DNA of 26,178 nt from Octopus sinensis (Eukaryota), in contig NW_021835615.1 of NCBI RefSeq assembly GCF_006345805.1, positions 1 to 26,178 of the forward strand. Direction: 5' to 3'. Below are positions 1 through 9,380 of this stretch, piece by piece. Numbering within the stretch: position 1 is the first letter of the stretch; the number at the start of each line of letters is the position of its first letter. Made by a program: the position numbers and the translations under genes. Under the pieces are notes generated by a model. The model did no database searches and had not been told where the DNA came from. It saw nothing but the letters and a program-made list of their open reading frames with translations.

Positions 1-198
1 ATAGGGGGAGAGGAGGGTTTATTGTTTAGTAAGGGGAGAAGAGGGGGAGGAGGAGGAGGAGGGGGAGGAGGAGGAGGAGGGGAAGAGGAGCAAATTGCCT
101 CTTATACACTATCAATGATCTTCCGTCATTACTTTTGGGGTATGTTTATCCTCTGAACGGACCCTAATATGCAGCGATATGGGATTCCACGAAAGGAC

Positions 199-470
199 TA
201 TGTGGTGGTGGGGTGGTGGTGGTGGTGTGATGATGGTGGTGGGTGGTGGTTGTGGTGGTGTTGGTGGTGGTGTTTGTGGTAGTGGTGGTGATGATGGTGG
301 TAGTGGTGGTTGTGTGGTGGTGTGTGGTGGATAGGGATAGTGGTCATGGTGTTGATGGTGTCTGGGTGGTGGTGGTGGTGGTGGTGGTCGTGGTCGTCGT
401 CGTCGTCGTCTTGTTTTTTGTTGTTACTGCTATCACTGTAATTGTTGTTGTTATTGCTGTTGTTATTAAT
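199..470. repeat. (GGT/GTT/GTC)n low-complexity trinucleotide tract
   Basis: Degenerate ggt/gtt/cgt runs; explains the poly-V/H/T ORFs at 198-611. Confidence 0.95.
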
Positions 471-1100
471 GATATCTGCCATCTCCCTCCTATCAGCAAC
501 GATACGGGATGAGTGTACCTTGCCGTACCGGAGCAAATATTGGAAATGCTGGAAAGAAATAGAAAAGAAACTAAGAAGAAACGAAGGCTCAAAGCATAAC
601 AACAGGTTCAAGATGTGAACTAGCTATGATGACACACAAAGAAGAGAAATAGTTCAGAAATTTAGGAAAATACTACACGAAACGAAATTTGAAGATGAAA
701 CAATCGGGGAACAAAGACAGACAACTCCATCGTGTCACATTTAGGAAAGAATTCATTGCACTGTAAACTGCAGTCTGTGCGCAACCAACGCACAGATAAA
801 GTACAAAATTAGGAATGTGATGTATCATATGAGATGTATGAAAAAGACGTATAAGGAAGACACTTATGTGCAAAGAAGTGTAAGGACACTTTCTCCTATA
901 CAGGAGAAAAGGCTCGTAGTGTAGATGAAGGGGTTGGTATTCACTGGCGTGAATACCAGCAAATGGAACGCATCCATGCTCTACCAACATGCAATGCAGA
1001 AACACAATGGATCAATAGACAATGATGGAATAATAATTCTTTTAACACATCCAAAACTTTTAACATTGAGAGACGTTCCAGTGGAAGAGACTCTACCTCT
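470..1100 (+). mobile_element. Decayed Penelope-like element: end of RT region plus GIY-YIG endonuclease (pseudogenised)
   Basis: Manual translation across stops and frameshifts gives SYDDTQRREIVQK ... HCTVNCSLCATNAQIKYKIRNVMYHMRC ... YTGEKARSVDEGVGIHWREY. This matches the PLE pattern of a Cys linker, then NVxYxxxC, then YxGETxR...EH. Confidence 0.65.
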
Positions 1101-1101
1101 C

Positions 1102-1520
1102 GCGTCGTAGGAAGTTTGCTTCTAAACCACACGGTTCTGGGTTCAGTCCCACTGCGTGACGTCTTGGGCAAGTGTCTTTTACTATAATCTCAGGCCGACT
1201 AAAACCTTGTGAATGAATTTGGTAGATGGAAACTGAAAGACTTCCATCGTGTGTGTGTGTATGTGAGTCCGTGTTTGTATGTTCGCGTACGCGTACGTGT
1301 GTGTTTGTTTTTGTGTCTATGTTTGTCACTATCACAGCTTGACAATAAGTGTTGGCGTGTATACGTGCTCGTAACCTAGCGGTTCGGCTAAAGAGACTGA
1401 TAGTATAAGTACCTGGCTTATGAAAATAAAGTACTGGGATCGATTTGTTCGGCTAAATTTCTACAAAGCGGTGCTCCAGCATGGTCACCGCCTAATGACT
1501 GCAACAAGTTAAAAAGATAA
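1102..1520 (+). mobile_element. Octopus-type tRNA-derived SINE (CORE-like), near full length
   Basis: Head with ggttcagtccc B-box-like motif, cttgggcaagtgtc central motif, internal (GT)n and A-rich tail; homologous to 4311-4718. Confidence 0.85.
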
Positions 1521-1536
1521 AGGTAGTTACAACACC

Positions 1537-1870
1537 GAGTGTGCGCAACCAACCCTCAAGTAAACTGCAAAATTAGAAATGTAACGCACCACACGAGATG
1601 CTTTGAAGGAAATGTAAGTGCACTACCACGACCTTATACAGGAGAAATGGCTTGCAGCGTACATGAATGCCTTGTAGAACACTGGCGTGAATACGAAGAA
1701 AAGAAATGCATGCATTCTCTAGCAACGTGTCTTACAGTTGCACAATGCATCAATAGACAATGATGGAATGATAATTCTTTATTCACAGCCAAAGTTCTAA
1801 CATTCAGACAGGATTTCTGGGACCGTTCGGACACTGGAAGCAGAATCCGTATCACGCCCACTCACACACA
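1537..1870 (+). mobile_element. Second, diverged PLE GIY-YIG fragment
   Basis: CATNPQVNCKIRNVTHHTRC...PYTGEMACSVHECLVEHWREY...KVLTFRQDFWDRxTLEAE; collinear with 775-1095 at DNA and protein level. Confidence 0.65.
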
Positions 1871-2563
1871 ATCCGTAGAAGGAATGAAGAATGACAAGCA
1901 TTGTCGCAACCAGCTCCAATTATTTCCAACACTAACATCACCACCGCCGCTGCCGCTACCACCTTCGCCGCCAGCACGGCTACTGCTGCCATCGCCGCCG
2001 CCACCACTACAGTAAAAAGAAAATGAGCATAAAATGAGATTCAAACACATGCACGCGTGTACGCGAACCACAAACACACAAACAATAAACGCACATGTGT
2101 ATAATTCACACACACACACACACGCACTCACACACAAACAAACAAACAAACAAACAAACAAACAAAAACAACCACAGGCAAACCACAAACGCACAACGAA
2201 AACAAAATAAAACACGATTAGACTCACACACACACACACACACACAACAGCATGTGAACAAAGCATTCAACTATGACATGCACAAAGAGGTCAGTTGGTG
2301 GGTTTGAGACCATTGAAATGGTTCATAGCAGTGGGATGAAAACCTTCCTGCCATTTAGCCAACAATAAAACTCATAGTGAAACGAATTACAAACCGTGCG
2401 TGGGCTTATTGGCAGTATGACCCATTCAAAGTAAAATTTATTTGATTCCACTGACAGAGAAGAATTACTAGAGCAATGTACATGTATGTGTGTATGTGTG
2501 TGTATTGATATATATGTGTGTGAATATATATATATATATATATATATATAGATATATATATAT

Positions 2564-2795
2564 CGGAGGTTACAAAAATAAATAAAAGAGCGAAGGCAGG
2601 TTTACGAAAATAAACAACGAAGAGACGAGAGTACGTGGGTAAAAAATAATGTATTATTAGTATGGCGCTAGGAATAGAAATAAAACAAGTCTTTTACGTT
2701 TCGAGCCTACGCTCTTCGACAGAAAGATACACAGAAAAAGAAACAAGGAGAGAAACAAAGAGAGAAAAAATTGCGTGTAGGGGCTAACGATCCAA
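2564..2795 (-). mobile_element. Short non-coding interspersed repeat carrying a hammerhead-like motif
   Basis: Homologous to 5558-5715 in opposite orientation; its 3' end runs into (TA)n at 2520-2563. Confidence 0.65.
2690..2727 (-). ncRNA. Minimal type-I hammerhead ribozyme-like motif (A6U core variant)
   Basis: Minus-strand RNA UCUUU CUGUCGA A GAGC GUAG GCUC GAAAC GUA AAAGA: 5-bp stem I, 4-bp stem II, palindromic ACGU stem III, GUA triplet. Confidence 0.7.
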
Positions 2796-3384
2796 TCAGG
2801 TTGGTGCAAAGGTAATGACTGATTTTAAGTTCTCTATTAAAAAAAGGCCCATGATTATTCGTTAACATTGCTTTCTAGAATTTCATTCCATCCTTCCACA
2901 CGTTTATAGAGGCCACGCATGTAAAATTGTTAAGGGTTTGATGCGGATATGAACCCAACTCATTTTCAACCTCTTCCCTTAGTTTCAACCTAAGACCATT
3001 CAAATGGTTCTTGTAGTCCCTGCAAAAAGTGATAATCAGAAGGAGCAGGGTTTGGAGAAAATGGAGGGCGAAGCAATATTTCCCAACCAAGCTCTTCCAA
3101 GTCGAGCTGTATGAGGACCAGCATTATCATGGTGGAAGATGACACTCTTTCTGTTGAACTAAGCAGGGTCGCTTTCTGTTCAAAGCAGCTTTCAAACGAC
3201 GAAGTTGATCACGGTAGAGATTCGCAGTAATGGTTTGAATGTGGTCTAACAGTTTGTAATGGACAATTCCTTCAATATCCCACCATACACTCAACATGAT
3301 ATTCCTTGGATGAAGTCCTCCTCTTGGTTGTTGAACAGGTCTTCCTCCTCGACTGATACACGATTACAGATGAAAAAATCCACG
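2796..3384 (-). mobile_element. mariner relic: one TIR plus C-terminal half of transposase (pseudogenised)
   Basis: TIR-like tcaggttggtgcaaaggtaatgactgatttt at 2796; fragments GLHPRNIMLSVWWDIEGIVHY, VIFHHDNAGPHTA and GWEILLRPPFSPNPAPSDYH with frameshifts. Confidence 0.85.
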
Positions 3385-3725
3385 CAAACCCACACTCACA
3401 CATGCATAAATATATTCATATTCATACATGCATACCTACACATATGCATATATATATATATGTGTGTGTGTGTATGGTTTGTTAACGGTTATTTTCAATA
3501 CTTTTGTCGTTGGTTTACGTGTTAGTTTCACTTTTTGTCATCTGCTATTTTATTTTTGGATCTTTTATATATGTGAAGATTTTCTCCCTCCCTTTGGCTG
3601 TTTTTATCTCTACAAAACACAAAGTTACATCGTGGAACAGTCATTTTAATGAGCTGTATTTACTTATCACCCAACGGGATACATCTGCACCACCGGATGC
3701 CCCTGAACCAGTTTGTTGAGTGTCC

Positions 3726-3770
3726 CACCCAAGAGGAATCTATGCTAGATGTATCGAAACGATTGTCGTG
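3726..3770 (+). ncRNA. Degenerate hammerhead-like motif
   Basis: CAC CCAAGA G..AUCUA UGC UAGAU..C GAAAC GAUU GUC GUG: 3' core, GUC triplet, stem I and part of stem II fit, but the 5' core is damaged. Confidence 0.4.
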
Positions 3771-3885
3771 ATTAAAATAAATTCTCGTATATATATATAT
3801 TATATATATATATATATATATATTCATATATATATATATAATTATATATATATATATATATATCGAGAATTATTATTAATCACGA
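3766..3885. repeat. 22-bp inverted repeat enclosing a (TA)n tract
   Basis: tcgtgattaaaataaattctcg (3766-3787) versus cgagaattattattaatcacga (3864-3885). Confidence 0.85.
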
Positions 3886-3917
3886 GAATGATCTCTCCCC
3901 AGACACAAACAGAATAT

Positions 3918-3956
<39 letters not shown>

Positions 3957-3960
<4 letters not shown>

Positions 3961-4158
3961 CTGTTGTGTCTGGGGAGAGTCATTCTCTTTTATACCTTAT
4001 TATTTAACACACTCACCGGTAAAGTTTCCACTCGTTTTATTTATTTTTCTAAAATTTTGGTTGCGTCTTGAAACCTTTTCAGTAGTTGTTGACTCCGGTG
4101 AGTGTGTTAAATTATAAGACACTAAAAGAGAATGACTCTTCCCAGACACAACAGAATA
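3957..4158. mobile_element. Fold-back element with ~63-bp inverted arms
   Basis: Arms 3957-4019 and 4095-4158 differ at about 7 positions; a third partial arm lies at ~3885-3915. Confidence 0.85.
4049..4085 (-). ncRNA. Degenerate hammerhead-like motif in the spacer of the fold-back element
   Basis: CUA CUGAAAA G GUUUC AAGAC GCAAC CAAA AUUU UAG: stems I and II plus palindromic AAUU; G8A and G12C core changes. Confidence 0.4.
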
Positions 4159-4211
4159 TGCTTCAACACACGAACTCCATTGAAGAATCTTGCAAACCAA
4201 ATCCCATAACG

Positions 4212-4249
<38 letters not shown>

Positions 4250-4262
4250 GTGTGTGTGTGTG

Positions 4263-4295
<33 letters not shown>

Positions 4296-4310
4296 GTGTG
4301 TGTGTGAAGT

Positions 4311-4718
4311 GGCTGTGTGGTAAGTAGCTTGCTTACGAATCACATGGTTCTGGGTTCAGTCCCACTGCGTGGCACCTTGGGCAAGTGTCTTCTACTATAG
4401 CCTCGGGCCGACCAAAGCCTTGTGAGTGGATTTGGTAGACAGAAACTGAAAGAAACCCGTCGTATATATGTATATATGTATGTGTGTGTGTGTATGTGTA
4501 TGTTTGTGTGTCTGTTTGTCCCCCAACATCGCTTGACAACCGATGCTAGTGTGTTTACGTCTCCGTTACTTAGCGGTTCGGCAAAAGGGACCGATAGAAT
4601 AAGTACTAGGCTTACAAAGAATAAGTCCTGGGGTCGATTTGTTCGACTAAAGGCGGTGCTCCAGCATAGTTACAGTCACATGACTGAAACAAGTAAAAGA
4701 GTAACAGAGTAAAAGAGT
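4311..4718 (+). mobile_element. Octopus-type tRNA-derived SINE, full length
   Basis: ggctgtgtggtaag head, ggttcagtccc, gcaccttgggcaagtg, internal (TA)/(TG) tract, and aagtaaaagagt repeat tail. Confidence 0.9.
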
Positions 4719-4745
4719 ATATATATATATATATATGAAGTATAA

Positions 4746-5070
4746 GGAAACGAAAAATTGTAGGCGTCGACGACCTTTAATCGATAATCCAGGTTGGTAC
4801 ACAACCAACACACATTCTACAAATAATTCTATGATAATGTATTCGTTCCTGTCTCGGCTATGAAAGGTCTTTGTATATTTCTGTTGGTCGTAATCATTCA
4901 TACCAGTCTGTAATTCCTGGCGAAGAACCTAACTTTTATTTCAAGAAGAGTTTTTCGTTTTTGTCTTTGGAATTAATTAGACTCCAAAACAATTTGTAGA
5001 ATGTATATTGGATCTGTACCAAATTGGATTGTTAATTAAAGATCGTCTACACCTACAATTTCTTTTTTCC
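4746..5070. repeat. Older fold-back element with 78-bp inverted arms
   Basis: 4746-4823 versus 4993-5070: 63/78 identical by manual ungapped alignment; ~170-bp spacer. Confidence 0.85.
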
Positions 5071-5463
5071 TTTCCTTAGACTTTATTTATTGGTTTTGCA
5101 AATACTGAATATATATTTTTTATATATAGTTTTTACTTGGACTGTACCGGCGGATATTGACATCCTTTTGAAGGATCTCAGCAGCCCTCACCTCTTTTAT
5201 ATGTATTCATATCAAACTAGCTGCTGCTAACTATCTAGAACCCACAAGAGTAAAAAAGGAGAGACAGAGACAAGCAGAAAAAAGGAAAATGTCCCTTGCA
5301 TTTGAAAACTATGGAAATATATTTTTAAATAAACATTTAATTTAATTTTAATTGTTTTTCATGCTTTACACCAAGTTGAAAAAGTCACAATGACTGAAAC
5401 CGGTACTAAAATGTTCTTCATGATAAAATTATTTTAGCATTTTTTACCTTGTCTTATTTTCCT

Positions 5464-5466
<3 letters not shown>

Positions 5467-5556
<90 letters not shown>
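5467..5556. repeat. (GATA)n microsatellite
   Basis: Perfect tetranucleotide run. Confidence 0.98.
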
Positions 5557-5557
<1 letters not shown>

Positions 5558-5712
5558 TGGCCATCGCCATGATTGACCGCTAGCTACTGTTCTTTTCAGT
5601 TGAAGAGCGTAGGCTCGAAACGTAAACGAGTTTCTCACCTTCCTGGGCGTTAAATAAATACACTTGCTTGTTGTTTACACGCACGTCTTCGTCTTTGTTT
5701 TTTGTAAATTCC

Positions 5713-5715
<3 letters not shown>
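5558..5715 (+). mobile_element. Second member of the hammerhead-bearing repeat family of 2564-2795
   Basis: Shares gaagagcgtaggctcgaaacgtaaa exactly and collinear flanks; lies between (GATA)n and (GT)n. Confidence 0.7.
5592..5630 (+). ncRNA. Hammerhead-like motif, more decayed copy
   Basis: CUUUU CAGUUGA A GAGC GUAG GCUC GAAAC GUA AACGAG; U4A and A6U in core, weak stem I. Confidence 0.5.
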
Positions 5716-5760
<45 letters not shown>

Positions 5761-5843
5761 ATAATAAATTAACATAATTTATTACCAGTGCTTAACATGC
5801 ATAAATAAAAGTCATAAGACAACGTATTTTCAGAAACATAAAC

Positions 5844-6077
5844 GTGTATAGAATATTTCTACACACAAAGAGGAGACTTTTGACAGGACTCCTTACATGC
5901 TAGAAAGGCCAGTTAAAACCTAAACCACGAAAAACTTCACTTTTTTGTTCGTTGAAGTGTTATAATCAGTGTGCCTCCAGAATTCTTTTTTCGTGGTTTA
6001 GGTTTTAACTGGCTTTTTTAGCATGTAAGGTGTCCTGTCAAAGGTCTCATCTTTGCGTATAGGAATATTCTATACAC
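5844..6077. mobile_element. Fold-back or MITE-like element with ~91-bp inverted arms
   Basis: 5844-5934 versus ~5987-6077, about 8 mismatches; ~52-bp spacer. Confidence 0.9.
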
Positions 6078-6306
6078 TTATATATATACACATACACACA
6101 CACATACGGAACGCAACGCACCCCGACTTTTATTAATAGTAAGTTATATATATATGTATATGTGTGTGTGTGGTATGTGTGTGTCTGTGTGTGTGAATAT
6201 ACATATATATGTAATATATGTGTGTGTGCATATTTATACATACACAGATATATTATAGCAATCAAACACACACACACATACATACATACATACATACATA
6301 CACACA

Positions 6307-6361
<55 letters not shown>

Positions 6362-6449
6362 ACACACACACACACACACATACACACGACCGCTTTATTT
6401 AAACAGCAGCAAGTTCCACTGGAAACCCCTTTGGACACGTTTAGCTCCC

Positions 6450-6600
6450 AGGTCATGTCTCTCACCTATGTGACCCCGCAAAGGTCAAAGACGAGTGACT
6501 GTTATAAGGGGTCAAATTGTATTGGCTGAGGATTCCAACATGCTCTTTGTACCGATTTCTTGGCTGTTGTCACGAGCAACACGTCCGTAACCTTGGCAAC
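6450..6600. promoter_or_regulatory. Candidate cis-regulatory module (two X-box-like sites, CCAAT, four RGGTCA half-sites)
   Basis: GTTGTCACGAGCAAC 6566-6580, GTAACCTTGGCAAC 6587-6600, ATTGG 6521-6525, and RGGTCA-type sites at 6450, 6471, 6482 and 6509, in a non-repetitive island between microsatellites. Confidence 0.35.
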
Positions 6601-6821
6601 GTACTCTTTCTGCGTTCCCAGCTGACATAAGTGTAGAGGTGGTGGTGGTGGTGGTGGTGGTGGAAAAAGTGGTGGTGGAGGGGAGGGTTGAGGTATTAGA
6701 GGTGGTGTGGTGGAAGTACTGAGAATGGGAGTGATGGAGACGGAGGTGAAGGCTGTGGTGATGGTGGTGGTGGTGGTGGTGGTGGCAGTTACTTAATATG
6801 CTATCTTCTTCTAGCTTCAAT

Positions 6822-7015
6822 CATTGGACTGCGGCCATGCTAGAGCATCGAACAAATCGACCCCAATACTTATTTTTGAAGTCTGGTATTTACTTTATCG
6901 ATCTCTATTGCGGAATCGCTAAATTACGAAGAATTAAACAAACCGACACCGGTTGTCAAACGGAGATAGGGAACACACACAAACACAAAGACACAACACA
7001 CACACACACACACAC
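6822..7015 (-). mobile_element. 3' fragment of the Octopus-type SINE
   Basis: Reverse complement matches the 3' half of 4311-4718 (gactgcggccatgct.gagca, aatcgacccc, ggttgtcaa). Confidence 0.75.
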
Positions 7016-7129
7016 AGCAAGGGTGCAACGCAATGCACACTTGGTTATGCTTATAGTAAGTGGCTCCTATATTCGCGCTACTTCTATGTCTAGCCTTTCT
7101 TCTTTCTCCTTTTTTTTCTCTCTCTGTCT

Positions 7130-7190
7130 CTTCCTTTTACTCTCTCTCTCTCTCTTTCTCCCTCTCTCTCTCTCTCTCTCTCGCTTTGTT
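7130..7190. repeat. (CT)n microsatellite
   Basis: Dinucleotide run producing the ERER ORFs. Confidence 0.95.
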
Positions 7191-7699
7191 TCTCCTCTGC
7201 CTTCTTTGTCTCCTTCTGCCTGCTACTGACACGTGACATGTGGTCAGCCTTTCCTCGTTCTCTCTTTTTACACTGTCCGTTGAAACAACCGTTCGTAATT
7301 TCTCTAGTCTCCACTTCAACCTGTTTCGCTGCCTGTTGTCCTTCTTTCCAATCCTTTAGGATTTCCCTGTTAGCGTTGCCCACACTTCGTCTGCATCTAA
7401 CCCTAAAAACTACATTCTATTTGTTTACTTCGTTTTTGCCCCCACGTCCGTCCACTAACGGTCACGTCCTGAATTACATTTATTCCTTTTCGTACGTCCA
7501 CTTATATATTGTTTCTTATCCATGTATTGTTTGTCCGTTCTCGGTACCATATTCCCGGCAGCTCCTGCCGGTGCCACCAGATGAGAATCAACGTATCGTT
7601 AAAAGCACGAAATTGCGTTTGACGCACGAAATTGCGTTTGATAACTGATGAGGAGTTGGTGACCTTCTGTGTCTCTTTTCCGTTCGTTTGTGCATGTAC

Positions 7700-7713
7700 T
7701 ACATATTTTTAAC

Positions 7714-7758
<45 letters not shown>

Positions 7759-8630
7759 TGTATATGTATGTATATATATATATATATGTATATATGTATA
7801 TATATATATATGTATAATATATGTATATATATATATACATATGATATATATATACATATATATGATATATTTATGTGTGTATGCATATATGTGTGTGTAT
7901 ACATGTGTTTATATATACATATACATAGAGAGACAGAGACAGAGACAGACAGACACATGACATATAGATAAAAATTTATATATACACATAGACACATAGA
8001 CGAACACAAACACACACAAATAGACACAAAGAAAAGAAGCAAATACAGTAACAAAAACAAACATAAAAAACATACGTCAAGCATTCAAACAGAGAAATAC
8101 TGAGCGAATGGAAAGTGTAAGAAAAGGCGCTATTTGTTAAAATTCCGATGCCATGATAATTTAGTAGAATAGGTAAAACGAAGAAAAGCCAGAAAAATGT
8201 TATAACAGACGTGGACAGACAGACAGACAAATAGAGTGAATTTTTTAAAAAAATGATGTTCTGAGGATGTTGAACTGAGGATCAATGGCTACTTCCGGTA
8301 TTAATGGCAGCCATCTAGTTACAATAACGACATTAATTCAGCAAGCGTTCGTAAGTTCAACCTGACCTATCACGATATATATATAAATATATATATATAT
8401 AATATATATGTATATAATATATGTATTATATATATATATAATATATATTATATAATATATATATATATATATATTATATATATTATATATATTATATATA
8501 TATATATATATATAAAGTTAATCCAAACAGAAAACAAAAAGACAACAACCACAAGGATGTGGGAACAAATAAAGTATTATTGGACGCTCAGGAAAGAAAG
8601 GGAAGAAGGGGGATATACATATATATATAT

Positions 8631-8680
<50 letters not shown>

Positions 8681-9380
8681 GTGTGTGTGTGTATATATGT
8701 TGTATGTGTATATATATATATAGATACATATATATATATATGTATGTATGTATATATATGTCTATACATATATAGTATATATATACATGTATATAGTCTA
8801 TAATATGTATAGTATGTATGTATATGTATATATATTTTATATATATAAATGTATATATATATATATATATGTTATATTATATATGTATATATATATCTAT
8901 ATGTATATGTATATCTATATATATATATGTTAGTATATATATTTGTATATATAAATAGATAGATAGATAGATAGGTAGGTAAGGTAGGTATGTAGGTAGG
9001 TAGGTAGGTAGGTAGGTAGGTAGGTAGGTAGGTAAGTAGATATTGCTATGCATGTAATACACACACACACACGCTCACACATATACACATATATATAAAT
9101 TTTAGCCGATAACCGTAGAGACGCTTTTATATGCACATTATAAGTTGATATTATCAACCTAGATGATATTAAATATGTCTGTCTATATATATATGAATAT
9201 GTGTTTGTGTATGTGTGTATATGTATACATATGTATTATAGCTATCTATCATCTATCTATATATATAATATATATGTATATATATGATATATATATATAC
9301 TTAATATATATATATATATTATATATATAATATATATATGTATATATATAATTGTATGTATGTATATATATATATAAAAA
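7700..9380. repeat. Compound microsatellite field (TA/TG/TAGG/GATA) with short unique islands
   Basis: Directly visible; accounts for the YIYI/LPTY ORFs. Confidence 0.9.
8515..8595 (-). mobile_element. Fragment related to the 3' part of the 2564-2795 family, embedded in (TA)n
   Basis: aataaagtattattggacgctcaggaa resembles aataatgtattattagtatggcgctaggaa (2646-2675); it stops before the ribozyme part. Confidence 0.4.

Noticed and set aside
2251-2289. Possible 39-nt exon HVNKAFNYDMHKE with GTCAGT donor
   Set aside because: The acceptor lies in a (CA)n run with no pyrimidine tract.
4911-4975. CUGGCGA core-like word closed by a taattcc/ggaatta stem
   Set aside because: The GAAA half of the core is absent.
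5130-5202. Possible exon FTWTVPADIDILLKDLSSPHLFY
   Set aside because: Weak donor (AT|GTATTC) and no supporting homology.
5935-5986. CUGAUUA...GAAC on the minus strand in the fold-back loop
   Set aside because: No stem I or stem II pairing.
7575-7660. cagatgag...cgaaa and ctgatgag hammerhead-like words around a 19-bp tandem duplication (7605-7641)
   Set aside because: Stems I and III cannot be formed in register, and no GAAA follows the second CUGAUGA.
198-9157. Dozens of ORFs rich in V/H/T, YI, CV, ER or LSIY
   Set aside because: They are translations of microsatellites and low-complexity tracts.
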